The position numbers and the translations under genes are program-made. Below the pieces are notes generated by a model. It was given only the letters and a program-made list of their open reading frames with translations, made no database searches and was not told the origin of the DNA. A stretch of 64,000 nt of DNA from Eledone cirrhosa (lineage: Eukaryota). Numbering within the stretch: position 1 is the stretch's first letter; each line of letters opens with the position of its first letter. Location of the stretch: NCBI GenBank assembly GCA_964016885.1, contig OZ024743.1, forward strand, positions 72,354,001 to 72,418,000. The letters are read 5' to 3'. Shown here one piece after another: positions 38,080-52,565 of the stretch.

Positions 38080-39367
38080 CCCCATGTATATCTAATCACA
38101 CGCACGTACGCGACTATATATACATACATACACATACACACACACACCCATACATACATACATATACATATATACACACATACATACACATTCACGTACA
38201 TTCATCCGCTTACACACACACGTAAAAATAAGAATGTAAAAAACATAGATGTAAAAACATAGATATAAAATACACATACACACATATATATATATACACG
38301 TACGCACGCACGCACACATACGGAGCCGCTCGTATACAGATACAGAAGGTATACACACATAAGCACACTCAGACACATAGATAAAGCAGCCTTATGAATA
38401 AATGAGTACAAATATAAAATCGGCTGCGAAACAACAGAATATATCTTGAGTGGAAAACGCAAGTGACCTGTGAAATCAAGTAGTGAAAGAAAATGGGGAA
38501 GTAAAATGTGGAATGTGAAGATATTAGGTAAGTGAATTGAAGAGTAGGGGGAGGAGTTTACTGGTGGATGTGAAGTAAAAATAAAAATAAAAATAAAATT
38601 AAAAATAAAGTTAAAAATGAAAGTAAATCAGAAAGAGAAGTCTGTAAAGAGAATAATTTAAGGAAAGTGAAGAATAAGAGTTTATGGAGGATAAGTATTT
38701 GAAAGTGAGTTAAGTATATATGAGCTGGAAAGCAAGTGTGATTTCATGTGTGGGCAACTGGTGAAAATTTCTGTTTTTGTATTTAGGCAGGTTTTTGGTG
38801 ATTTAAGGTTTTGTAAATCCAATATTTTTCACTTATGCAGAGTGTGCATCTTCTTGTTCCTCTTGCATATTCTTTAGATTGGTTCAAAATTGACCAATCC
38901 AATTTATATTGGATACCTTGGTCTTTCAAATCCCATATTCTGCTAGCCAGAGCTGTTGTGAATCTTTTTTCTGGATGTCGCAAAGATGCGACATGTGAGT
39001 AATAACGCGTTTTGAATTTGTCTTGTGTCATACCCACATATCGTTCGCTGGTGGCTGGTTGGTTGTTGCTGATGGTTGTCACTTTAGCCGCATTTACAAT
39101 GGCTTTGGCGTTGAATTTACCTTGTAATGGGCATCTACTTTTGACTCTACAGGAGCAATTTTGATGTTCTCTGGGTGATTTCTTATTGATGATATAAGAT
39201 TTAATAGGGGGACCGCAGTAGTAGCTAATTTTGACACAGTTTCTATTGAAGATCTTATAGTATCTATGTATTCTAGGGAAATGTTTATCTAAGAACTCTA
39301 GGAATTTTTTGTCTACATTAGTTTTAACTGCTAGAGAGTAGGGGTGTGTGAACCAGATTATTTTTCT

Positions 39368-40765
39368 AGAAACACTCTACTCTTTACTGATAATGACACT
39401 TGGGTAAAATATCTAAACCAGAGAACCCATTCGATGTCTCAATGGGCTCTTTGACAGTGCTGATGTTTGTGATTTAGACGGCCTATTCCTCCTACACACA
39501 CTTAAAGAAAAATTCCCTAAACATATTTTGGGGCTTTATCGCGACGATGGTGTAATACTTTTCCATACCACCATAGGCCATAACTTAGATAGATTAAGGA
39601 AAGACTTAATAAAAACCTTTGCTAGTTTTAATCTTAAAATTACTATTGACACTAACCTTTCCAATGTTAATTTTCTAGATATAAACATAGATTTGCCTAC
39701 TGCTTCTTATAAACCATACCATAAACCTAAGGAAAATTTAAAATATATAAATAAAGGCTCTTGCCATCCTCCTATAGATTTTAAAAACCTTATCCCTAAT
39801 ATTAGCCGTAGGATCTCCACCCTCTCTTCCTCAGAAGCTATTTTCAATAAGGCATCCCCCTACTATAATAAAGCCCTTCAAAATAGCGGATTTAGTGAAC
39901 CGATTAAGTACATACCCAACAATACTAACTCTTTTAAACATAATAATAGGAAAAGAAAAATAATCTGTTTCACTCCCCCCCCCCCCCCTACTCTCTAGCA
40001 ATTAAAACTAATGTAGGCAAAACATTCCTAGAGCTCTTAGATAAACATTTCCCTAGAACACATAGATACTATAAGATCTTCAATAGAAACTGTGTCAAAA
40101 TGAGCTACTACTGCGGCCCCTCTATTAAATCTTATATCATCAATAAGAAATCACCCAGAGAACATCAAAATTGCTCCTGTAGAGTCAAAAGTGAATGCCC
40201 ATTACAAGGTAAATTCAACACCAAAGCCATTGTATATGCGGCTAAAGTGACAAACATCAGCAACAACCATCCAGCCACCAGCGAACGATATGTGGGTATG
40301 ACACAAGACAAATTCAAAACGCGTTATTACTCACATGTCGGATCTTTCCGACATCCAGAAAAAAGATTCACAACAGCTCTGGCTAGCAGAATATGGGATT
40401 TGAAAGACCAAGGTATCCAATATAAATTGGATTGGTCAATTTTGAACCAATCTAAAGAATATGCAAGAGGAACAAGAAGATGCACACTCTGCATAAGTGA
40501 AAAATACTGGATTTTACAAAACCTTAAATCACCAAAAACCTGCCTAAATACAAAAACAGAAATTTTCACCAGTTGCCCACACATGAAATCACACTTGCTT
40601 TCCGCTCGTATAAACTTAACTCACTCTCAAATACTTATCCTCCATAAACTCTTATTCTTCACTTTCCTTAAATTATTCTCTTTACAGACTTCTCTTTCTG
40701 ATTTACTTTCATTTTTAACTTTATTTTTAATTTTATTTTTATTTTTACTTCACATCCACCAGTAA
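39368..40765 (+). pseudogene. PLE RT C-terminal half + Zn-linker + GIY-YIG endonuclease, frameshifted
   Basis: FDVSMGS, GLYRDDG, VNFLDI, YKPYHKP, SCHPP, NCSCRVKSECPLQG, IVY..YVGMT..FKTRYYSH, CTLCISEK, CLN..E...CPH. Confidence 0.9.
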
Positions 40766-41232
40766 ACCCCTCCCCCCTACTCTTCGATTCACTTACCTAA
40801 TATCTTCACATTCCACATTTGACTTCCCCATTTTCTTTCACTACTTGATTTCACTTGTCACTTGCGTTTTCCACTCAAGATATATTCTGTTGTTTCGCAG
40901 CCGATTTTATATTTGTACTCATTTATTCATAAGGCTGCTTTATACTCTGTATCTATGTGTATGAGTGTGCTTATGTGTGTATACGTTCTGTATCTGTATA
41001 CGAGCGCCTCCGTATGTGTGCGTGTGTACGTGTATATATATGTGTTTTTATATCAATGTTTTTACATCTATGTTTTTTACATTCTTACTTTTACGTGTGT
41101 GTGTAAGCGGGTGAATGTACGTGAATGTGTATGTATGTGTGTATATATGTATATGTATGTATGGGTGTGTATGTGTATGTGTATATATGTATATATAGTC
41201 GCGTACGTGCGTGTGTTTAGATATACATGGGG

Positions 41233-41270
<38 letters not shown>

Positions 41271-41939
41271 GTGCCTCGTGTGTATGTATGTACGCATGCA
41301 TGCGCTCTTGTCTGTACGTATTTGTGTGTATAAATATTGTTTCATAGATATATTTTTTTTATAGATATATGTTTATGGATATATGTGTATGTGCGTGCGT
41401 ACCTATGTTTCTTTTCTTTTCTCTAGTGTTAATTGATTACTTTCTCTTTCATTTACACATTTTTTTTCATTCTCATATACTGTTTCATTTTTATACATAT
41501 ATCGAGAATGACACTTCTTTTTACTATTACACTCCCTTCCCTCTTTATCTTCCGCATATAAGTGACCGCGTGTGTGTGTGTGTTTATACGCGTGCTTTCA
41601 TAATCGTATGTGTATTTAATACCTGTATCTGGATGCGTGTCAATTATATTATCATTTTCTTTTTCAACTCATATTATATCCGTATTTGTGGTCACATATA
41701 CACAAATATACTTGCCCTTATATATGTACTTATGCACACATTTTCACCATACACATGCATTTGTACATACATACATATGTACATTTGTGAGTGTATATAC
41801 ATACATATACACATACCTAACTATATTTCCTTATATTTTTTATCTATTTTGTTATATTTTTAAATGTATCTCTTGCATTACTTTTATTTATATATATTTT
41901 GCATTTCTTGAGGAGACTTTCCAAATATTTCACTATGTT

Positions 41940-42022
41940 TTATATGTCCGACGAACGAATGAGGACGATTTTTTCGTATTTGTCTTAGTCGGGAAACCTC
42001 TGGTAATGAGGTAATTATATTA
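41940..42022 (+). ncRNA. Hammerhead-like ribozyme with variant core (mirror copy on minus strand at ~37255-37340)
   Basis: CCGACGA, long stem II (CGAATGAGGACG/CGTCTTATTCG, best paired in the left arm), GAAAC-CTC..GAG-GTA. Confidence 0.5.
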
Positions 42023-42114
42023 TATTGTATATTATACATTAAATTTTGCTCTGGTACTTACATAGAGCACTCTTCACTCCTATGACTTTTTCAATTTTCA
42101 ACTGAAACTTCAAT

Positions 42115-42146
<32 letters not shown>

Positions 42147-42147
<1 letters not shown>

Positions 42148-42730
42148 AAGAATAGAGATGTAAAACACGAGTTGTGATATATTGGTAAAAGGAAAAGAAA
42201 ATGCTGACAAATTGTTCCCAGTGAAAAATAGTTTAATTAGTAATAAGTAATAAATAATTAATAAGTATTGGTTCGTATTCAGTTTTAATTTTTAGTTTTT
42301 ACCGGTTGCGTATTTTTAATTCTTTTCAAAAATAATTTTGAGATAGAGCGACCGTGAAGTTTGCTCTAATCTGATTAGTTTTGGAAATTCTACCTGTTTT
42401 ATGTGAAAAAAGTGGCTTCAATGTTATTAAAATAAGTTTCGCGCCAATTCGTGTTGCAAAACTTCTTGTGGTCAAAACAATTTTGATTGGTCGGTAGAGG
42501 TCACATGAATGTTAAACATTGATTTTGCGCCAAATTGGTTCGTCGAAGAGTGTCCTTTTTCGCCTGATTGACAAGTCACTGAAAAATAGGTCTTTTAAGA
42601 CAAATATGTGTGTGTGTAGTTAAGAGGTTCATAGTTGTGATAATGGTCAGTAGGGATGTGTGTGGGATTTGCAGTCATGTTGAAAGGTCAACAGTTCAGG
42701 TGCCTATTAAGACAAATATGTGTGTGTGTA

Positions 42731-42800
<70 letters not shown>

Positions 42801-42942
42801 GTGTGTATGTGTATGTGTGTGTGTGTGTATGTAGCAGAGTAGTTCGTGGTAGAGGGATCAGTCAGTAGGAATGTGTCTGTACGTGTGTGGGGGTTATTTT
42901 AACATGTAGAAAGATATTTTTCAGCTCTTGTCTTATACGGAG

Positions 42943-42980
<38 letters not shown>

Positions 42981-44356
42981 CTTTGTATGTTAGTGTACGC
43001 GTGTGTATGTGTGTATATGTGTGTGGGTGTATATGTGTGTATGTGTGTGTGTGTGTGGCTGGACAGTATTTTTGTGCTGCTTATAAAATTGGTGTACCTT
43101 ATTCGATATTTTCAGCAAAAACGATTCACTCAAGAGAACATCAAAAACATTAATAATAAAAGGTGTGAAATGATATATAGTATTGGGATAATACCAAGGG
43201 GTGTGTGTGTGTGTCCAGATTGTACGTACTGCAAGGGGAATTCATTAGGCCCTGCCGTATTGGAATACTTGTGTACAAATATGTATGTGCCCATCAGTGT
43301 GCAATGCATGTGTGCGTATGTGTATGTGTGTGTGTCGGCAAGTTTATATCTATAGACATCAAAAGGTATGCAGATTTGTGTATATTTGTGTTGCACCATA
43401 GAACATGCGTGTCATTGTGTTTATATGTGGATAGAGATGTATGTAGGATGTATGCTGATGTAGGTATGTATGTTGACGTGTGTATGTTGTGGGTTCGTAT
43501 TAGGTAGAAGTGTTTAGACGGGGTCCGTATTTGTTAATAAAGTGAGATTCCTTGCAGATGCGCTGGTTGTGGGTGACATTATCTTTAAATTTGTAGAGGG
43601 GAAAGATTCTAAAGTTGGGATGATTTTGGGCGGCACGGGTATCACTGTGTTCACTCAGTGCTCTTTTCCTGTATTCCCGTATTTTAATTTGGGATCTATG
43701 GACAGACTTTCCCCTCTACAAATTTAAAGATAATGACACCCACACCCAGCGCATCAGCAAGGAATCTCACTTTATTAACAAATACGGACCCCGTCTAAAC
43801 ACTTCTCGCTAAGACGAACCTTAATAATTTTAATAATACATTTTAATAAATTCCTTTTCGCACATCTTATTAAACCCCTCAAATCTTAAATAAATTTTTC
43901 TCTGTGAGACAGTGTTTCTCAGTATTAAAGGTTATCTCTCTCTCTAACTCTTTTTCTCCTCCTCTCTCATCCTTCCTTCTTATACTCCTCCTCCGTCATC
44001 CTTTCCTTATTATTATATTTTTTCTTCCTCTTCCTTACCTTTTCTTTCCCCCTCCCTTTCCTTTTTTTCAATCTCATATATCCATCTTATTTTATTTTTC
44101 ATATGTTGATTTAATACTTCAATGCTCGCAAGTGTTTTTTAAGCTTCATACCATGTCTCCCTATTTTATCTGATGAGAACGCAAATATAATCCCATGATG
44201 ATATTTGTTTTTGAAATGTGCATAATAAAATACATGAAACTCTTTTAACTATCTTTTGATTTTATATTATTTATACTCCAGTCCTATAAACTGTTGAGTG
44301 GTACTTATCCGGTATTTGCTTTGCTTTATTGTGCTACAATAAAACTCACCTCCTAC

Positions 44357-44358
<2 letters not shown>
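42147..44358. mobile_element. Head-to-head pair of PLE 3' fragments (minus 42147-43700, plus 43706-44358)
   Basis: Both arms encode the GIY-YIG C-terminus FPLYKFKDN.TH.QRI.KESHFINKYGPRLNTS*. Inverted homology 43491-43605 vs 43707-43820. Degenerate hammerhead at 44170-44240. Outer ends in (TA)n. Confidence 0.7.
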
Positions 44359-44420
<62 letters not shown>

Positions 44421-44422
<2 letters not shown>

Positions 44423-44540
44423 TTTTAATATAGAAGAGCTTCTACAGGACTAAAACAGTTTTATTCGTGAGAAATCATCCTGATGATTTCTCTCGAATGA
44501 AACAGTGTTAGTGCTGTAGAAGCTCTTCTATATAGAAACT
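44421..44540. ncRNA. 120-bp imperfect palindrome containing a hammerhead core
   Basis: CTGATGA(44480)-TTTC TCTC GAAT-GAAAC-AG..CT-GTA, with the inverted copy immediately to its left. Confidence 0.55.
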
Positions 44541-44630
44541 TTTATACCCTGCTATGTATTGAATACCTTACTGTCGTTACCTCCGATTCAACCTGGAATA
44601 ACTTATATATATATATATATATATATATAT

Positions 44631-45556
44631 TTCGTTTCTGAATTTGTTTAGCAAGATTCTTTATCTGAAATCGTGTGTTGAAACCGATATTGTTATACTT
44701 TGGGAGGGTCATGTTGCCAATAAGAAACACACGCACCAGTTGCTTTCACTTCAATTTAATTTAATATATATTTATAAATTTACAAATTTATAAATTTCTG
44801 GTTGGTTGGTTGGTTCCACAACCAGATAGTTGTTTATATATATATAGTCATAGTTCTTTCGTCACACACTCTGTGACCTCTTCAGTGACTGGGGATTTCT
44901 TTCTTCGTTTCTGTGCCTTTCCTTTCTTCTATCCTACGCCATTTTGTTTGTGTGTGGGTTGCGTGCTCAGTTTGCGCATGCGCCACATCCGGGTGTCTGT
45001 GTGTGTTTGTGTTCATTTTTCTATTTTTCTATTTTTCTATTTATATTTGTTTGTTTATTTATTTATTTATTGTTGGTTGGTTGTTTGTTCTATGTGTGTG
45101 TGTGTTTTCATTTTGTCTTGTGTGTGTTTTCATTTTGTGTGTGTTTTCAATTGTAAGTTGTTTGTTCTATGTGTGTGTGTGTTTTCATTTTGTCCTTAAT
45201 TATAAGTTGTGATGTTGCTGTTCCACTCATATTTTCTATTTAATTTTGGTTTTAATTCTTTTATGCTTACTGCCTCTGTAATTTGCCTAAACATTGCGTC
45301 TTTCTTGTGTGTGGATTCTATTTTTATTTCTATGCTCTCTAATTTACCCCCAGTCACTGAAGAGGTCACAGAGTGTGTGACGAAAGAACTATGACTATAT
45401 ATATATAAACAACTATCTGGTTGTGGAACCAACCAACCAACCAGAAATTTATAAATTTGTAAATTTATAAATATATATTAAATTAAATTGAAGTGAAAGC
45501 AACTGGTGCGTGTGTTTCTTATTGGCAACATGACCCTCCCAAAGTATAACAATATA
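44631..45556. mobile_element. PLE fragment a (Neptune-like): minus-strand endonuclease end + pLTR, with inverted pLTR
   Basis: Near-identical inverted arms 44688-44894 and 45347-45556. Spacer encodes RQITEAVSIKELKPKLNRKYEWN. Both ends in (TA)n. Confidence 0.82.
45352..45396 (+). ncRNA. Minimal type I hammerhead ribozyme (mirror copy on minus strand at 44846-44890)
   Basis: AGTCA-CTGAAGA-GGTCAC agagtgt GTGAC-GAAA-GAAC-TA-TGACT: stems I and II pair and the core is intact. Confidence 0.8.
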
Positions 45557-45771
45557 TATATATATATATATATATATGAGAATAGAATTAGGATTTAACT
45601 TCATGCATAGCTGTATACAGATACCTATTGCAATTTCTGGTGGTGTCCAGCAGAAGAAAGGGGGAGAATAATCAATGCATTTAGAACTTAACTGGTTCTT
45701 ATCAGGATGATCCCTCCCAACCTTGCGACTGCTTGACTTGAAAATGGTCGAGAATATATATATATATATAT

Positions 45772-47483
<1,712 letters not shown>

Positions 47484-48033
47484 GGATGGTAGCTAAGATT
47501 CTTCCATAGGCGGTGTGCCGGTTGAGCACTCTATGCTCTTATAGAGCAGAGTATGATATAATAGAAAACGAAAAATCAGTGATGCATCTGAATTCAATTT
47601 ATTGTGTTACAATTATTTCGCCGGCGGATAGCTCGAGACACGATCATTGTTAATATTGTTAATATTTTAATGTTTTTAATATATTTCATATTTTTTTTTT
47701 TATATATATGTATATACGTATATGTATGTATATGTATATATATATGTGTATGTATGAATTTTTTTATATGTGTACATATTTAAAACAAGATGCATCTTTT
47801 CATGTACGACCCATTGTGTATCTTTATATGACTTTGCGTGTATATAATGTTTATGTGTATATATATATATGTATACATATATATATATGTATAATATTAT
47901 TTTTTTTATATATTATTTTATACGTGCGTGTGTGTGTATGGGAATATGCGCATATCTGTAGGAGTGTATATGGGCCTGTGTGAGTGTGTGTGTATGCGTG
48001 GGTACAAGCAGCCCTGTAGGGAAAGGGCTTGTT

Positions 48034-48073
<40 letters not shown>

Positions 48074-48457
48074 TGTTTACGAGTGTGTGTGTATCTGTGC
48101 ATGTATATATGGGTACGTGTGTATATATTTGGAGGCGTTACGTCTAGCCGATTTTCCCGAAATTTCAAGGCATGAAATTTCATGCACATAAAATAAATTT
48201 ATTTTCTTTGTCCCCTAGGTGAAAACCTGCATTTTTCCTGCTTCGTCGAGGAATTCTTAAAGATTATCCAGCCATCAGAGTATTTGGTTTATTTTATTTA
48301 CATAGTGTCCAGGCATGCAGTTTTTACACGATTAGGTCTGTTGGCGGCGCGCGTTCCAAAATACCTTATCCCGTGCAACGCCGGGTACCAGTGCTGGTTA
48401 TAAATAAATATATATATATATATATATACATACATATTGATATATATATATATATAA

Positions 48458-48535
<78 letters not shown>

Positions 48536-48541
48536 CATATT

Positions 48542-49098
48542 CGGAAAAAAATGAAATGAGATTTCTTTTCCCCACTCTTAGTACGGCTGTTACTTAAATA
48601 TAAGTATGAACACGTACATACATATGTGTATACAGACGTACAGTAGTATGTATATATATATATATACATATATGCACACACATATATATATATATGTACG
48701 TATGGATTCACCGAATATATATTATAATGCTCGGTGTGTTTCTAAACAAACATCCCGTATTAAGCCGTAGTGTTCAGCAACCATCGTTGCTCGTTTGTTC
48801 AACACCGACAAAGCAACACTGTACTAGTTTCAAGCTCATTAGCTATCCTCAGCAACGTATACCTTCCTGCCAGATTGTTGAACGTATATACTTACATTAT
48901 GCATATTAACGGCTGAGTAGCCCAATTTGCATATCGCGTCGGTTAATCGGCCGGGTGCACCGAAAACGATAAACGGAAAAAATGAAACGAAATTTCATTT
49001 CCCACACTTAGTACGGCTGTTACTTAAATATAAGTATGAACACCTGCATACATATATGTATACAGACGTACAGTAGTATGTATATATATATATACATG

Positions 49099-49159
<61 letters not shown>

Positions 49160-49555
49160 GTATGGATTCACCGAACATTTATTATAATGCTCGGTGTGTT
49201 TGTAAACAAACATCCCCTATTAAGCCGTAGTGTCCAACAACCATCATTCCTCGTTTGTTCGACACTGACAAAGGAACGCTGTACTAGTATCAAGCTTATT
49301 AGCTATCGTCAGCAACGTATACCTTCCTGCCAGATTGTTGAACGTATATAGTTACCTTATGCATATTAACGGCTGAGTAGCCCAATTTGCGTATCGAGTG
49401 GGTTAATCGGCCGGGTGCGCCGAAAACGATAAACGGAAAAAATGAAACGAAATTTCATTTCGCACTCTTAGTACGGCTGTTACTTAAATATAAGTATGAA
49501 CACCTACATACATATATGTATACAGACGTACAGTAGTATGTATATATATATACAT

Positions 49556-49595
<40 letters not shown>

Positions 49596-51142
49596 GTATG
49601 GATTCACCGAACATTTATTATAATGTTCGGTGTGTTTGTAAACAAACATCCCGTATTAAGCCGTACTGTCCAGCAACCATCGTTGCTCGTTTGTTCAACA
49701 CTGACAATAGAACGATGTACTAGTTTCAAGCTTATTAGCTATCGTCAGCAACGTATACCTTCCTGCCAGATTGTTGAACGTATATCCTTACCTTATGCAT
49801 ATTAACTGCTGAGTAGCCCAATTTGCGTATCGATTGGTTTAATCGGCCGGGTGCGCCGAAAACGATAAACGGAAAAAATGAAACGAAATTTAATTTCGCA
49901 CTCTTAGTGAGGCTGTTACTTAAATATAAGTATGAACACATACATACATATATCTATACAGACGTACAGTAGTATATACATATATATACATACATGCACA
50001 CATATAATATATGTACGTATGGATTCAGCGAACATTTATTATAATGCTCGGTGTGTTTGTAAACAAACATCCCGTATTAAGCCGTAGTGTCCAGCAACCA
50101 TCGTTTCTCGTTTGTTCAACACTGACAAAGGAACGCTGTACTAGTTTCAAGCTTGTTAGCTATCGTCAGCAACGTATACCGTCCTGCCAGATTGTTGAAC
50201 GTATATACTTACCTTATGCATATTAACGGCTGAGTAGCCCAATTTGCATATCGAGTGGGTTAATCGGCCGGGTGCACCAAAAACGATAAACGGAAAAAAT
50301 GAAACGAAATTTCATTTCCCACCCTTAGTACGGCTGTTACTTAAATATAAGTATGAACACGTACATACATATATGTATACAGACGTATAGTATTATGTAT
50401 ATATATATACATACATGCACACATATATATATATTTACGTATAGATTCACCGAACATTTATTATAATGCTCGGTGCGTTTGTAAACAAACATCCCGTATT
50501 AAGCCGTAGTGTCCAGCAACCATCGTTGTTCGTTTGTTCAACACTGACAAAGGAACGCTGTACTAGTTTCAAGCTTGTTAGCTATCGTCAGCAACGTATA
50601 TCTTCCTGCCAGATTGTTGAACCTATATACTTACCTTATGCATATTAACGGCTGAGTAGCCCAATTTGCATATCGAGTGGGTTAATCGGCCGGGTGCACC
50701 GAAAACGATAAACGGAAAAAATGAAACGAAATTTCATTTCCCACTCTTAGTACGGCTGTTACTTAAATATAAGTATGAACACGTACATACATATATGTAT
50801 ACAGACGTACAGTAGTATGTATATATATACATACATGCACACATATATATATGTACGTTCAACAATCTGGCAGGAAGGTATACGTTGCTGACGATAGCAA
50901 ATAAGCTTGAAACTAGTACAGCATTCCTTTGTCAGTGTTGAACAAACGAGCAACGATGGTTGCTGGACACTACAGCTTAATACGGGATGTTTGTTTACAA
51001 ACACACCGAGCATTATAATAAATGTTCGGTGAATCCATACGTACATATATATATATATATATGTGTGCATGTATGTATATATATATATACATACTACTGT
51101 ACGCATGTATACATATATGTATGTACGTGTTCATACTTATAT
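48542..51142 (-). mobile_element. Tandem ~420-460-bp repeat (5 full units + partial + inverted partial), each full unit and the inverted partial carrying a minimal hammerhead: candidate non-LTR retrozyme
   Basis: Units start at 48542, 48974, 49434, 49870, 50291, 50713. Inversion at ~50854. Hammerheads at 48816-48858, 49276-49318, 49712-49754, 50133-50175, 50555-50597 (minus) and 50882-50924 (plus). Flanked by (TA)n. Confidence 0.8.
50882..50924 (+). ncRNA. Minimal type I hammerhead ribozyme (representative of the array)
   Basis: ACGTTG-CTGACGA-T-AGC aaataa GCT-T-GAAAC-TAGTA-CAGCAT. Palindromic stem III ACTAGT and a GUA cleavage triplet. Confidence 0.82.
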
Positions 51143-51150
51143 ATACATAT

Positions 51151-51355
<205 letters not shown>

Positions 51356-51976
51356 TGAAGTTTTAAATCTCTCAAAACGAAGTCACTTGGACAGGAATTA
51401 TATTGGATGTATCCATTCATATACGTTCTAACAAATACCACTTATATTGATCCTATGTTTTGTCTTTGTCTATAAGATATCGCACCTTCAGATCGTTAAA
51501 ACATCTGAACTAACAGATAATTAGATAACTAATACATACTTGTCTATCTTAAAGTGCTGTTTTCAATACCTCATAAGACCTATTAGAATGCAGGGCACTG
51601 AGGATTTGCTAACAGGTAATTTTTCACTGCTTGTATACGATATAATCAATAGAATCGGAGAATATATGTTTCTTGATATAGCTATAACCTCACAAGCAGC
51701 ACAACTTCACAGTGTGTCAATATTTGGTGATATATATAGAATAGACTTTTAACATTATTTCTGTTTATGAACATACATCTCTGGACCTTTGCTGTAATGG
51801 TTAAGAATAGTTGGTGCGTTCTTCTGTTGTTGCCTTTTCTGTGTAATAAGTCGATTATGTGGCGGAAGAGGGTCCGATAGGATGTTTATCGTTTTATAAA
51901 ACACCAATGCGTATAATTGAAACAAATCGAGGCGGTGAATCTGTAAATACAACACTTTTTTAAACGTATGGGCTAG

Positions 51977-52007
51977 CACGCACACACACACACATACACA
52001 CACACGC

Positions 52008-52047
<40 letters not shown>

Positions 52048-52232
52048 ACACACACACATACACACACACAAACACACTCAGGCACATATACACACAGGCA
52101 CAGACACACACACACACACACACACACAGGCACACACAGAGACACACACACACAGACACAGACACACATACAGACACATACATAGACAGACAGACAGACA
52201 GAGACACACACACACACATAGACAGACACACA
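51977..52232. repeat. Degenerate (CA)n/(CAGA)n
   Basis: Direct observation. Confidence 0.95.
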
Positions 52233-52565
52233 TATTGAAAGAGAGAGAAAGAGAAATCAATTGTGCTTATATATAAATGTCTCGAGACGCAGTTTCTTGA
52301 AGCATTTCTAATCGTGAAATTAGTTGTCATTTCAGGAAATTACCACGTCTTCTTCAGAGTCCATCAAAATTAGAACACTTTGTTCGTGTTTCTTCTCAAA
52401 GAAATATTCCAATAAATTTAAAATGCGACCGCCATGTAACGTAATTATATTCCTATAGCTGATGTCCTTGATGTATTACTCATTACCTGCTTTTACTTTT
52501 AAATAATCAAATTATCCTCGTTCAATTATGTATTCACTTTGCTTTGTATAAGTTGATTTGACTCT

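Larger units (their letters stand above)
37239..42115. mobile_element. Penelope-like element (Naiad-like): inverted pair, minus arm 37239-39367 and plus arm 39368-42115
   Basis: ~2.1-kb inverted repeat (37250-39367 vs 39953-42030) covering the GIY-YIG domain and 3' UTR. Both outer ends lie in (TA)n. Confidence 0.9.

Noticed and set aside
40160-40600. Selenocysteine recoding, reported for some Naiad PLEs
   Set aside because: No in-frame TGA at conserved Cys positions here or in 60819-61919, and no SECIS recognised.
48140-48400. Helitron-like ends (CCCGTGCAACGCCGGG hairpin + CTGGT; also TCTCACTATTATAA on minus at ~30067)
   Set aside because: Suggestive only. Single copies with no matching partner end established.
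50207-50250. Minus-strand AG|GTAAGT donor and ATGCAAAT octamer in array units
   Set aside because: Each is intact in only some units and no matching acceptor was identified.
48542-50857. Regular repeats as a CRISPR array or as a repeated small protein ([20 protein letters not shown]..)
   Set aside because: Whole ~430-bp units repeat with no unique spacers and no cas genes in a eukaryotic context. The ORF has variable starts and stops and lies antisense to the ribozyme.
52336-52440. Possible exon (TTTCAG|GAAATT..AAC|GTAATT)
   Set aside because: Weak donor, two frames open, no homology.
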